A DNA stretch of 64,000 bases from assembly GCA_028534125.1 (NCBI GenBank), contig CM052818.1:1924001-1988000 (forward strand), written 5' to 3'. Made by a program: the position numbers and the translations under genes. Source of the stretch: Lama glama. Taxonomy: Eukaryota. Positions within the stretch are counted from its first letter, which is position 1; each line of letters opens with the position of its first letter. Positions 1 through 12,230 of this stretch are shown here, one piece after another. The notes under the pieces are model-generated. The model was given only the letters and a program-made list of their open reading frames with translations, was not told the DNA's origin and searched no databases.

Positions 1-165
1 GCTCCCACCTTTAAGGCTACCGGGACTTGGCCTCATAACCCCAGATAGATTGGCGCGATAGTCAGGGACAGTGCGATGCCTGCAGTTTAGCAGGAAGTAG
101 ATACAGAAGATGAGACCTTCGCCCCTATTCCAAAGATCTGTCACTGCTATTCTGTCAGTGGGGAA
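1..165 (+). mobile_element. 3' end of an ERV (class I-like) internal region with polypurine tract
   Basis: AGCAGGAAGTAG...TTCGCCC resembles the post-env segment of class I ERVs. A purine tract AGTGGGGAA (157-165) directly precedes TG at 166. Confidence 0.6.
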
Positions 166-620
166 TGTAGGGCCAATCATGTCCTTCCAAGGCCAATGAC
201 CCCCATTCCTGGGCTCTCAGTTGTCTGCCTGTGACCCCTCAACAGATAAAGTACATTCTTTACCGGGCACAAACTAATAGCCCCAGGTAATGCTTAATCT
301 CACAATAGCTTAGGCCGGCTTGTTTCAGCCCACCTTATCAGAGTCATAAACCCCACCACCCTTCATGGACCCTAAACTTCTTACCTTACCTACGACCAGT
401 CAAAGACTTGTGCACAAGCAGATCAGGCACCTTGTGACCCTACCTTGTAAAAGACCCCAACAACCAACCCTCAGGGCTCACATAGGCACCTCTTGTCTGT
501 GTGACATACTGTTGTCTATGGCAGCATGCCCCTAATTAACTCCTTTACTATTCTCCTCCTTCATCTCTACTAAATTCATTTACCAGCCAGCAACACTGGC
601 CACTGTTGTGTCCCACAACA
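166..620 (+). mobile_element. ERV 3' LTR
   Basis: Starts TGTAGGG right after the PPT and ends ...CCCACAACA (TG...CA), about 455 bp. Composition switches abruptly to AT-rich L1-like sequence after 620. Confidence 0.65.
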
Positions 621-790
621 TCTATATTTCCACTCTTTTTCTATTTAAGTCATTTTACTGTTCATCTATTTTGGTCCTAGCTTTTTTTTTCATATTGATT
701 TCTAAGAACTCTTTGTATATTAAGGACGTGACTCTCCCTTTACCAGTCATATTTGTTTCAAAGATTGTTTCTATGTTTCCTACTTGATTT
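621..790 (-). mobile_element. Old L1 fragment
   Basis: T-rich, with TATTGATTTCTAAGAACTCTTTGTATATTAAGG typical of antisense L1 ORF2 3' region. Confidence 0.5.
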
Positions 791-1189
791 TATATATATA
801 TATATATTTTTTTTGAGGGGGGAACATAGGGAAGACTTACATTCTACACAATCAGAGTTAAAATGCTCTCCTTCAGAACTGCTCCATTCACTTTTAAGGC
901 TGCTCTTGCACATTCCAGATATTATCACTTCTGTTTTCTTCTTGTGTATACGTGGCTTCATTTTGCCTTCAGCCTTGTAATCATTTGGGAAATAGGAAGA
1001 GATGACATTATCCCTGCCCTCAAGGAGCTTGCAGGGAACAGAGCAGAGAGAGTGCTGAGCTTATGTTATCACTGCTGTCACTGTGTGGCAGAGATAAGAT
1101 ATGCAGATAGGGGTTCAGGGAAAGGAGAAGAGTGCTGTGTGGAGGAGATGGGAAGTGCGTGGAGGGAGTGCTCAAGGTTTATCAAATAT

Positions 1190-1400
1190 ATACCTAGGCT
1201 TATTACGTGACAGGCATTATTTTGTCCTTTATCAATATTAACTGACTCAACCCTTATAATAATTTAGAATTTATCTTACTCCTAATATACCTATTTTGCA
1301 GATGAAAAAAACTGAAGCCCAAAATGTATAAATAACTTACCCCAGATGGTATATGGACGGGCCAGGATTTGAATTCGCAAAGCCTGGTTGGATTGGAGGA
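1190..1400 (-). mobile_element. MIR SINE
   Basis: CCTATTTTGCAGATGAAAAAACTGAAGCCC...CCAGGATTTGAATTC is the antisense MIR core. Confidence 0.7.
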
Positions 1401-1454
1401 AAGCAGGGGTACTTATGACTAAGGGACTTGAATGTTCAAAGGAAGGATTTAGAC

Positions 1455-1815
1455 CAGCAGTTGGCAACCTTTTCTTGTAAAAGGCCAAATAGTAAATGTT
1501 TTAGACTTCGCAGGCCAAGAGGAAACATTGAGGATATCATGGGTACTTATGTTAAGAGAGAAAACAAATTTTCACAGATTTTTTTTACTGATGAAATTTC
1601 AAATATAATACTAATAGAGTACAATTTTAAAAATAAAGGTCTAGTAAAGTGAAGAATGGAATTTTTGGGAGAGAGAAAACATTCTGCTTAATTGGTGTTT
1701 AAAGTTCGCGGTCCCAATCTGCTAACTGATTTTGTTCATCTGTAGAAACTACTCTCACCTTGTGGGGCCTTAGGAACACAGCACTGGCCTTGCACATGGT
1801 TGGCTGATCCCGCTG
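1455..1815. mobile_element. MER58-family hAT-Charlie DNA transposon
   Basis: CAGCAGTTGGCAACCTTTTCTTGTAAAAGGCCAAATAGTAAATGTTTTAG start and TTTGGCTGATCCCGCTG end match MER58 termini as recalled. Confidence 0.75.
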
Positions 1816-3600
1816 TGGACTGACCGTTGTAGGGCTGAGCTGCATTGAGGAATGACGGGCGCCCTTGACGAGCTGTGTGCTGGAGACTGCTGGGGTCCAG
1901 GGAGAGACAGGCGGTCCACCTCAGGCCAGGGCAGTGTAGGCGGGGAGGCAGGACAGATTTGCCAGGCTTTCCTGAGCTGGGTCCCCTGGTGACCAGGGGA
2001 GAAGGCGAGGGCCTGGCAGACAGCGTGGGGTGCTGGGCACGACCTGGCACAGGGAAGCGCAGTCCTGCTCTGCCGAGGCAGCAGCATCCTAGCACCTGCC
2101 TTCTCCCCTACGGCCCAGGGGGAGCCCATTCAGAAGCCTTGGCTCAGGGCCGAGACACCAAGAAGGAAAGGACATGGCCCCTGCTGCAATGTGGTCCTTG
2201 CTGCTACCGGAAACCAGGAAGAGCCTTCAGCCTCCACATTTGCTGGCCCCAGGGCCAGCGATCCGCCTGCAGAGCGTCCTCTCCTGGGCTTCATTCAGTG
2301 CGGCCCTTTCAGATTCCTGTCACAGGTGGCAGACATCCAGACCTTCCCCTCCAGGGTGCCCGAAGGGAGGGGGTGGATGGTGGGTGGGAGAATATTGCTG
2401 CAATGGGGGAAGGATCACAGAAAGGGAATCAAAGACAGTCTGAGAAAATGTCACCTCCACGGCCAGTTTTGACCAAGGCTGATCACGCCATTGGGAAGGG
2501 CTCCGCCGTTTCTTTCCCTGGTATCTCCTCGAGCACAAGCCTGCCCCCTCCTCTGCCCCGTGTGGGGGCGGGAGGTGGCCACTTACTGCCACCGGGCTCT
2601 GTAATTAAGTCTGTAGCAATGGGCGGGGAATCAGACAGATCTCATCCCCAAGTTCTGGCTGTCAATGGGCTTACCTGCAGACAGGTGGCTTGCGAAATGC
2701 TCCTGAGGAATCATCCTGGGTGAGCCCAAGGTGCGCCAGATGCAAATGAGCCTGAGGGACAAACGCAGGGCATCTCCGCAGTGGCGTGCAGTTGCCTCTC
2801 CTGTCGCAGGTCCTGAGGAGCAGAGGAGAGCAGGGCTGGAAGGCAGAGGGCCAGGCCAGGGAGGGGGTGGCCCCCGCCCACAGCTGTCAACACTGGGCTG
2901 AGAGAGTGTCACCTCCCACTCGCAGGCCAGTTCCTTAACCCTGACCGCAGAGTGACCTTGCTGTAGCCAAACTAACCCTTGACCTTGGCCCCAGACTGAG
3001 CTTTTATCCTCCCCCCACCACCCCTTGCAGACTGACCTTTGGACCCTATTCATCTTACAAAGCAAGCATTGTTTGTTCCCAGGGAGATGGGGCACAGCCG
3101 TGTGGCAGCTCCTTGTGGATCCAGAGGGACCCAGTTCACAGCCTGAGTATTATTGCCTGGAGGGTGGACCATGGATGGATGCGGAAGGTCGCTGGTCTGA
3201 GAATCGGTCCCAGCCTTCTCCCCTGGCGCTCAGCTGGAAGATTCTTGGCCACTCTTAACCACAGTGAGTTTGCACACTCAGAGAGATGCAGTTGTCTGTC
3301 CAGGGGGTATAATGATATCCCAGTACCTACTTTTGGCGTCTCTCGAAGTAGATGTAAATATTCAATGGGGGGTAAGGGCGGGAGGGCGTAAAGCTGAGCA
3401 TCAAAATGAGAGTCGCTTGCAGGGGCTGCCTGCCGTCAATCAGTCTGTACTCTGCGCTTCCAAACCCTGCTGCATATGGTAACTTGGTTATACTTTCCTT
3501 TTCCCTTGAATTTTGTGCTCTCTGCATTCTTTTTTCTTTTAATATTCATTGAAAAAATTTCCAGACATACTCAAAAGTAAACAGTTTAATGAATGATCAG

Positions 3601-4034
3601 TGCAGTGGCCAAGAGAGCATGCTCTGTGGACCTCATACTGCAGGGACCCTAACTGACTTGGGGCCCAACTGCTGGGCTCTGGTGGCACTGGGGACAAGGA
3701 TACCTCTCCAGGGCTGGACCCCGCCAGCATGGCAGGTGCACTAAGGCAACGCTGTCCTGGGAGAGGTGGGCTCCTGTGCTGGTGACTTCCATCAAGGGGT
3801 CCCCTGTGGCTCTGTGCAACTGTCCTCAGACTCTGAGTTGGCCCTGCAGTCTTAGACATACCCCCTCAACCTGTCATCTCCCTCCTTCATTCAGGGTTAG
3901 ATTGGCACTTAGAATGACAGCCCTCCCAGCCTTTCTGTGCCTTCTCTATGTCCTTTCTCGCAGGCATTTCCTCTCATAAAATAAAACCTTTAATCTCATG
4001 TTGGTGCCTGCTTCTTGGAGGACCTGGACTGATA
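3601..4034 (+). mobile_element. ERVL-type solo LTR (LTR16-like)
   Basis: Starts TGCAGTGGCC. AATAAA followed by TTGGTGCCTGCTTCTTGGAGGACCTGGACTGATA matches an ERVL LTR 3' end. Confidence 0.65.
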
Positions 4035-4181
4035 GACCTGATATTTCATATACTCATCTTCCAGCATCAACAGTTATCAAGGTTTCCCCACATTTGCTTC
4101 CTCTATTTTTCCCTCATCCTTCCCCCCATCCCCAAGTGATTTAAAGCAAGTCCCAGGTACAGTGCTGTTCACTCTTAGAAC

Positions 4182-4993
4182 AGCTGTTGCTCATTATTCA
4201 CAGATCCTGAATTTGCGAGTTCACCTACTGCTAAATTTTATTTGCAATGCCAGCATCAACACTGCTGTGCTTTCGTGGCCACTCATGCACATGCACAGAG
4301 AGCTCAAAAATGTGAGTTGCCAGCTGTCCTCAGCTGAGCTCAAACAAGCCAATGGTCTGTGCTTCTCCCCCCAGCATTACTGAGATACAGTTGACATTGT
4401 GTAAGTTTGAGGTGTACAAGGTGTTGATTTGATACACTTACATATTGCAAAATGATTGCCACTGTAGTGCTTGCTAACACCTCCATCACATCACATAATC
4501 ACCATTTTCTTTTTTTGTCAGGAGGAATTTTAAGATCTACTCCACCTTTTTGTTTCAGCTCTCACACCGTAGCAAGTGGCCTTTTCACAGTCTATCTGGT
4601 GCCACAATTTTTGCATTTTTGTCCTTGTTGGTGGTGATTTTTCTATTTAAAATGGTCTGCCAGGAGAGTGCTAAAGTGCTGTCTAGTGTTTTTTAGTTCA
4701 GGAATGCGATGACGTGCCTTACTGAGAAAATAAGTGTCATCCAGGCTTATGAATTATAGTGCTATTGGCCAAATTCAATATTAATGAATAAACAATATAC
4801 ATTAAATAAGGTGTCTTTAAATAGAAACACACATAAAACAAGGCTCTGTATTTATCAGTTGATGAAAATGTGACCAGAAGCTCACAGGAACCTAACCTGG
4901 CGTATCCCCTGGGAACCATGGTTCAGTATTTCATAGTTCAGTGTTTTGGTGACTTTATATAACATAACTTCCAAAAATAATGAAAGTCAACTA
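4182..4993. mobile_element. MER82 TcMar-Tigger DNA transposon, interrupted by L1
   Basis: Long match to recalled MER82 (CTCATTATTCAC...ATTAAATAAGGTGTCTTTAAA...GGAACCTAACC...ATAACT). Confidence 0.8.
4365..4545 (-). mobile_element. L1 3' end (L1MA9-like) inserted in MER82
   Basis: TACTGAGATACAGTTGACATTGTGTAAGTTTGAGGTGTACA...TTTAAGATCTACTC. MER82 resumes after it. Confidence 0.7.
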
Positions 4994-5554
4994 CTTCAGT
5001 GTAATGAACATTTTCTTACAGGACCACAGTGCCATTAGCACACCTAACAAAATTAACACTGGATCCTTGGTGATATCCAATACTCAACCCATTAGCAAAC
5101 TACTTCAACTATCTCAGAGATGTCTTTTTATGGTTTATTTATGCAAACTGGGCAGGATCCAAACAAGAGCCACATTTCATATTTTGTTGTCTTTTTTTTT
5201 TAAGTTTTAGAATCTAGAGCATTTCTCCTTCCCCTTTTATTTATTTACTTTTCCACACCACTGACTTCTTGAAGAAACCAGGTCAGTTGCCCTGTGAAAT
5301 GTCCCACAGCCTGGATTTTGTCTGTTTGCCTCCTTCTGGTATCATTTGTCATATATTTTGGGGCTATGGAATTTACCTCTAGAAGATTCTATTCCTGCTG
5401 GAGTCAGACTACAGAGGGTGAATGGTGGTGGTGAGAGCTGAGCAGGGACACTAGGGTTCTATTGAAGAGGGTGACCTTAGGGTTGTGTTGGGTTGGGGTT
5501 TGAATTCAGGGCTGAGCTACACTTGGCAGGATGATCCAGTTGTTAACAAAGACT

Positions 5555-5785
5555 CAGGATCTAGAACTTTGGGGTTCAAATTGTGCTGTGCCATGTAATA
5601 GCTACTGATCTTGAACAAGTTATGCAGTCTCTCTGTGTCTTAGTTTCCTCATTTGTAAGATGAGGATGACAAGAATACTTACCTCACAGGGTTGTTGTGG
5701 GGTTTAGGTGAGTTACTATATGTAAAGGACCTGGGCTGGTGCCCTGGTGGTTTCCACATGCGTGTTTGCTCTTCTGTTATTATTG
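5555..5785 (+). mobile_element. MIR SINE
   Basis: CTCTCTGTGTCTTAGTTTCCTCATTTGTAAGATGAGGATGAC...ACCTCACAGGGTTGTTGTG. Confidence 0.8.
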
Positions 5786-6315
5786 GGGTTAGACTTGGGG
5801 TTGGGGCTGGCCTAGTTGCAGGGTAAAGGTGATTCTCGTTCATGATTCCACCCATTACTGGAGACCTCATGGTCAGAGGGATTGGAGGGTGTGGGGTGCT
5901 GGGGTCCCCCCTCTGTGGGACGGCCTCCCTCACACCCTCCCTGGAGATCAGGCTGGGGTTGAATGGGGCGGGCGGGGCTCCACCTCGCTTTCCCTTCGAA
6001 GCCTTCCCATTCCACAGCCAGTTCCAACTCTGATCCTTCTCCTTCAGGGCCAGCAGGGCTGTGGGTGTCCTTTGACACAATCACAGTCCTGAGTGGGGTT
6101 TTAGATTCATGGGGGAAGTAGGCCTTGGCCTGACACTCACTCCTGAGGAGAAAATTTCACAGGGTGAGGACACTTGTGTGGGCATTTGATCAGTTGTACG
6201 GAGCTAAACTGGAAAAGGTCTAATTCAACTCCAACCCAAGAACGAGACAGACCATACTGTGGCCATTACACGCATTAGTGGACACAGGTGTAGTGTTCAT
6301 CTCCTGTCTATATGC

Positions 6316-6460
6316 CAGCCAGCCATCCATCCACCTATCCATCCACTCACCCATCCATCTGTCCACCCACCCACACATCCATCTATCCACCCATCCATCC
6401 ACCCATCCATCCATCCATCCACCCATCCATCTGCTTATTTCTCTGTTCATCCATCCATCA
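6316..6460 (+). repeat. (CCAT/CCAC)n degenerate tetranucleotide repeat
   Basis: Directly visible. Confidence 0.95.
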
Positions 6461-7859
6461 CCACAACAAACACCAGACACCTACTCTGAGTCAGTCACAT
6501 CCTCCCTGCACTCAAGCATCTCATTGTCTATCGAAGAATGTCGTGTATTTAATGATTGCAGAATGTGCTTGTCAAGGAATGTACAATATGTGAAGAGATT
6601 TCTGGAGAGGGTGGAACCGTCTATGGCTGGGGCCAGGGCCGAGAACGGAGGCCTCCTCCTTCCTTCCTTGGGTCTGACTCTTCTGCCCTGGTGGTAACTG
6701 CTGTCCCAGGGCTGCGTCCAGTGGGAGGCTAATTCTTTAGTTTCCTTCTCTTAAATCACTGGGTTCACCTCGCGAAGAGACCTGTTCCTTCTGGGAAGGA
6801 ATTCTGAAGTTGCCAAATCACTCCACCACACCTGGTGAGGCACCCAGAGGTCATAGCCAAATTCTCTTGAGATAGGCTTTCTTCCTCATGAAGACTCTTG
6901 GGGAGACGTGGTCACAGCGTCCAGGCCACCTCCATCCTCAGGAGCGGCAAGGCCATGGATACAGTGCCCCTGTCCCCAGGTGACAGGTGCTCCTCTCCCC
7001 CTAACTTGGGGCAGACAGCAGACAAGAAGCCCCTCTTGGGCCCTCCTCCTCGGCTGCCCTCACCCCGGCCCACCTCTTGGTCCTTGGTCTCTGAGTCACG
7101 GCTCTCAATTTCGAGCTTAGTGACAGGGAGTATTTTGCTCCTAACTAATTGCAGGCTCCCAGAGTCAGAGAGCAGGAAACGTGATTTCCCCCAATACAAG
7201 CAGGTTCCCCAAGGCCGCTGAGTGACGCGGGCTCTTTGCCACTGGCCTAGGGGTCGGATGGCAGGGACTGTGTCTGCTCCATCAGCCTAGGGCAGGGGAC
7301 GAGGCCGCACCCTCGCGTCTCCCCAGCGATGCTCCCCATGGAGCCTCACAGACTGGCCTGTTTACGGGGAGAACCTGGCCAGGGCCCGAGGTGGTTTCGG
7401 CACACTCTCCCTTCCTCGGTCTGTCTGACTAATGCTCCCATCTGCAAGCCCCAGGTGAGGGACGGCGGCGTCTCCACTGCGGCCCCAGCGAGCGGCTGTG
7501 TTTGCGGAGTAACTGCCTGATGGTATCACACAGGGTGGTTTGGGTGAGCTGTCTCTTGGGAGCGCCTGCCTGTTGTTGGCCTTAGCCCCTGCCTGGCCCC
7601 CACCCCAGCCCCCGCCTGAGGTCCCTGCATTATTCACAGAGCCGCGGGCCCCGCACCCTGCCCCCAGCACTGTGTGAGACCCCTCCCCGGCGGGTGCTGG
7701 TGTGTGTGCGTTTCAGGGACAGGGACCCTCTCTGCCTTTCCTGGGTTCCCACCTCCTTATTCTGGGAGATTTCCTCTCTGCTCCTCTCAGCTGAAGAGGG
7801 CCCCTTTCTGGCCCCAAGTCCCTCTGACATTAAGAGAAGTCTAGGGACAATGCCATTAA

Positions 7860-8030
7860 AAGAACTCGGTTCCAAGCCTGGCTCGACCTCTACCGTCTGC
7901 TGTGTGAACCGCCACCACCCATCTACCCCGCCGCTGTGCCTCAGTTTCCCAAGCTGTAAAATGGGACTAACAGTGTGAAGGGTCCCTTTGGGGTTAAAAG
8001 AGCTCAAAAGTGTGCAAAAGTGCTGGACGC
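7860..8030 (+). mobile_element. MIR SINE
   Basis: GTGCCTCAGTTTCCCAAGCTGTAAAATGGGACTAACAG core. Confidence 0.75.
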
Positions 8031-8299
8031 GAGATTCCAAGGTCTTAACATCCTTCCTCTTCTTGACTCTGTCCCCTTGTGTTCCCCAAGGACTGTCTCC
8101 TGGGTGGCAATCATGTACAGTCTCTATCAGAGGAGAAATAAAAACACGAGAAGTAATGGAGGGAGGAGAGCCTCGCCCTTTGGGAATCCTCTGAGCTGAT
8201 GGGAGAGATAAACTCTCTGGCGGGGAAACTGAGTGTGTGTGTGTGTGTGCGCACATGGCAAGGGTGTTGTCCCGGCAGAGGAGGGGCCTAGATATGTGT

Positions 8300-8510
8300 A
8301 TTTAGGTTAGACCAATGACTGTAATGTCTTTTAAGCAGGCAAGAGCAATCAGCAAATTCATTAAGTTCCTGTTTACCACCTGTTGTCAAAGCTAATAATT
8401 TGATTTAACTAAGCTGATTATATTCATTAAAAACCATTAGGTCCCAGACGCAAATGTTCCTGTGTTTGTATTTTCATAATTATGTTGACATTTCACAACT
8501 TGCACTTCAA
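8300..8510. promoter_or_regulatory. Candidate conserved enhancer
   Basis: Non-repetitive AT-rich island in GC-rich DNA with TGTTTAC, TGATTTAA, TGTCA/TGACA and TAATTA. Function inferred only. Confidence 0.45.
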
Positions 8511-8914
8511 GGGAGGCCTGGGCTCAAACTCCTCGCCCACCCTGGCCCACAGGGCTGGCTCCCTGCTGACTTCTTCAGCCTGGGTGATGTGCTAGCTGTG
8601 GGGGGACAAGTGGGGAACAAGACAGGCCTGGCTGTCCTTTGCCTGCAGCCCACTTTTTGTATCCATCACGTGCTGCCTCTGGTGTCCTGGATGGTCCGTG
8701 CCCTTCTGCCTGGATGGGCCCTTCTGCGGGCAGGGCCAAGGCCAGCCTGACATCCGGTTTCAGGAATCTCTGGGTGCCCGGTTGCCTAACTGAGCCTCTT
8801 GCAAGTGGGACAGCCCTCAACACAGCCTCTCCAGGGCACCACTGATTGACACGCCCACCATTAACTAGGCAACTGGAGGCTCCCTGGGTCCCCCTTCAGG
8901 GAAGAGGAAGGAAC

Positions 8915-9110
8915 CAGTGTTTGTTAAGTTCCTGCCAGGTGCTGGCACCAAGGTTCCCTCTCTAATCCCTCCAGGAATGTATCAGCATCTCCATTTTATA
9001 GATATGAAGCTGAGACTCAGGAAGTTAAGTAACTTACCCAAGTTCAAGCGGCCAGGTGTGTCGGTCCTGGGTCTGCACGCAGAGCCCGTGCCCTTTCCAC
9101 CCCACCATGC
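8915..9110 (-). mobile_element. MIR SINE
   Basis: CCATTTTATAGATATGAAGCTGAGACTCAGGAAGTTAAGTAACTTACCCAAG. Confidence 0.8.
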
Positions 9111-11824
9111 CTTCCTTCCCAAGAGAGAGGTAAACACGGCCCCAGGTGCTCCCGGTTCCTGACTCCCTGGGGTTTCAGTGCTGGCTTCTGGCTCCATCAG
9201 GAGCAATGGAACCAGACTGCATGGTACTCCACGAGGGCGGGTCTCAAGGGCACCGGCCTTCCTCCAGTGCCCTGGGATAAATTCCCTTGTACCACAGGTC
9301 CTGGCCTGGCCCCTGGGGGCACTTGAATCCTAAAGAGTCCTTCAATCCATGCATTTGGGGCCCTGGACACAAGATGCTCCATCTCCCTCCTCCCCTGTGG
9401 CCTGTACTCCAGAGCCCTGAAGCCTGGACTAAGGCCCCACCCAAAGGCTACGCTTAGGGCAGCCGGAGCCCACCAGCTGTCCTCCGACCCTCTCTGGCTG
9501 GTGCCCCGGAGGGTTCTCCTAGATGCCCGTTCTCCTGGAGCAAGGACCAGAGTCTGCACCAGGGAGGCGTGGAGATGGCGCACCCTGGGAGGGCTCAACA
9601 CGCGGCAGGGAGAGTCTGGCTTTGTGATGACAGCAGTCAGAGTTGACAACCGTTGGCCAGGCGCTGTTCTAAGCCCTTTGCACCGACAGGCAGGAAGATG
9701 TGCCTCTGGGGGCCTCAGCCTCCCCATCTCCACGCCCCCATACAGGGGAGTGGGCCATGAGGCCTCTGAGCTTGGATTTCTCGGTACCGTGGACGCAGCC
9801 TCCTTTCATCCTGGACTGTGATGGAGGGAGGGGCTGCGTCTGCCGGGATCTCCCCTGCTGGCCATGGAAGCAGGGGCGAGTCTGGGCCTGGAGGAAGGAA
9901 GAGCCCTTTCATGGGGGTGACATGAGGGGTCAGCCCCTCACGGCCTCCCCGGCTCACGCCTCTTCCTCTCCTCCTGTGCCCTGCTTCCTTTTCCTGTGAC
10001 CTGGCTTTCTGTAGGGGCACCTCCCCACCTCTGTCTCTCCTCACCCTTTCTCTGACTTGCTTTTCCCAGGTCTCCCTTGGTGGTGCTGTTCCCAAGGACA
10101 CCCCTGGCAGCCCCAGGGTGCAGGACACCAGTCCCAGCCCTGCCCCTGCACAGCACTGTCCCTCCCTGGGACCCTGTGTTCCTCCCATCGGCTCTTCTTT
10201 CCTTCCTTATCCTCTCTTTCCTCCTCTGCCTCCCCCTTCCTGCCTTCCCACTCCCATAGCTACCTTCCTGACTGTGGACACCTCCCACCCGTCCTTCACC
10301 TCTCCCCCACCTCCCCACCCTCCTCTGGCCTCTTCCGTGTTCTGGACCTGCGCTGGGCCTCCACCCCATCCACCTGAGATGGGAGCAGCCTCTACATTTG
10401 CAGCAGACCAAAGCTTCTTGTCTCTACAAGAGAGGAAGCCTAGGGCTTGGACTGAGTAGTCAGCAGCTGTGGGGCTTGGATGTTCAGAGGAGACAGGCGA
10501 GCCTAGCAGAAGAGATGAATGTTGCTCAGAAACCTGAAAGCGTGTGGGACTTTCCTTGGCATCTGTTCCATAGGTAAATCTCCTGCACCACTCTGAGGAA
10601 GGAATTAAACTTTAAAAAAAAAACCCAAAAAGTTAATGTTATTATGACCCAGACGGTGAGTGAGGTGGGTTAGGGAGGACAATTTGGGGTAGAAACCCAG
10701 GCCTGGCAATGAAGGGAGACTGCTTTTGTGTGCCTTGGCTCCGCTCTGCTCTGCGGGAAGGCAGAGAGCCACACGGGCCCTGCCAGCCCTCCAGAGCTTA
10801 TGTCCAGGGTGAGGGCTGCCTGAAGACTTCAGACAGGGCTTCTGGATATGAGCGAGAATAACTCAGTTCCCAGTGGGGGCAGGTGCATGGAGATGGGGGA
10901 TGTCTTCTGGAAAGTGCTTTTTGCTGGGAAGGTTTGGGAGCCCCAGAGCCAAGGAAGCAGGCCTGGAACCCCTGGGTTTGTGTTCCAGCACCCCCACTTC
11001 CTACTGGGTCACCTGGAGTATGTGACTCTCTGGGGCTTGGTTTTGTCATCTTTAAAATGGGAACAATGTTCATAACCAATCTCACAGTGTCTGTGTGAGG
11101 CTGAACCACTGAATTCCAAAGGGGTCAGTCCATTTTCGCTTTATAAAAGGACATTTCTGAAAAGTATCCCTTTTCGAACACATTTTTAATTGAAGCATAA
11201 ACAGCATCCCAAGCAACCACGCAGGAGTCCAGCCGTCCTTTGGCGTGCCCAGATGGAAATGCCGGATTCCTCTTTGTCTCTGCCACTCACCCGCTGTGTG
11301 CCCATCTGTAAAAGGAGGAGGTGATAATCAATGTTTCTCAACCTGCAGGTTTGACATTATTTCCTCAAGAACCCAGCGTCCCTGTATTTTTGTCACTGGC
11401 CCATAGCAGTGGGGACAGTCAAATGGGGGCTGGGAGGGGTGTGGGAAGAAGGCCTCCTTTACAGAGCTGGGATCCAGGAAAAAGAGATCCAGGTAGGAGA
11501 ACTCTGGTCTTGAGTCAACTTCTAGAAAGAAGCAGGGTCCATGCATGCCCTGGGGCCCCAAACCTAAATATTTAGAGGCTTCTGCAGCTGGGGTGTGGTA
11601 GGGGTGAGTCACCCAGCAGGGAAAGAAATAGGAAAAACAATCCTGTTGTTCACCTCCCTTCCCCCTCCTGGGCTCCCGAGCAGGGAGGCTGAGCAGGATC
11701 AAAGGCACACGCACTGCCAGAGCCAGACGTTGGCATCTTCAGTCACCTGGGCAAGCTGGAGAGAGGCTGCTGCAGGATGTAACAACGGGAACACGCACGC
11801 TCCCTCCCCACCACCTTGCAAGGA

Positions 11825-12230
11825 CCTTTAATGAGCCCCTTGCAAAGCTATGGCCCTTTAAACAGATCACATCCCTCCACGTCAGAAAGAAAGCATTATT
11901 AATAAGTTGCCCTGGGCACCGGGTAATGATTGTGAGCGGCTGTGAGCCAGGATACACGAGGGCACTGCAACTTGAAAGGGAACATTTCCCAAAGGGAGGT
12001 GATAGGTCTTGATAATTGTTATAATAACAGCTCAGGGGGCCTGGGCTGGTCCTTTCATCCTGTGAGGTCATAAATGGCTTTCTCCAGCAGGGAAAGGACA
12101 GGGCCTCCACCCACCGCAAACACCCCGTGGCCCGCACTCACCCAGCTGGGGATTGGCCCCCCTGTTATTTCTGAGCTGGGAAAACTTCGGGATTGTTAAA
12201 ACAAGGTGAGCTAATTGTGCCTGTGTGCGC
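11825..12230. promoter_or_regulatory. Candidate conserved enhancer
   Basis: Cluster of TAAT cores, the palindrome TTATTAATAA and GTCATAAA in unique sequence. Confidence 0.4.

Larger units (their letters stand above)
3535..5350 (-). mobile_element. Old L1 (L1MC/ME-like) 3' region, split into about 3535-3600, 4035-4160 and 4995-5350
   Basis: Motifs CACACCTAACAAAATTAACA, CAGGATCCAAACAAG and GAAGAAACCAGGTCAGTTG...AATGTCCCACAGCCTGGATTT, interrupted by an LTR and MER82. Confidence 0.55.

Noticed and set aside
1875..2723. 282-aa ORF
   Set aside because: No recognisable domain, a GTG start, and G/P/R/S-rich composition typical of chance ORFs in GC-rich DNA.
6220..6697. H/P/S-rich and W/M/D-rich ORFs
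   Set aside because: Translations of the (CCAT)n repeat.
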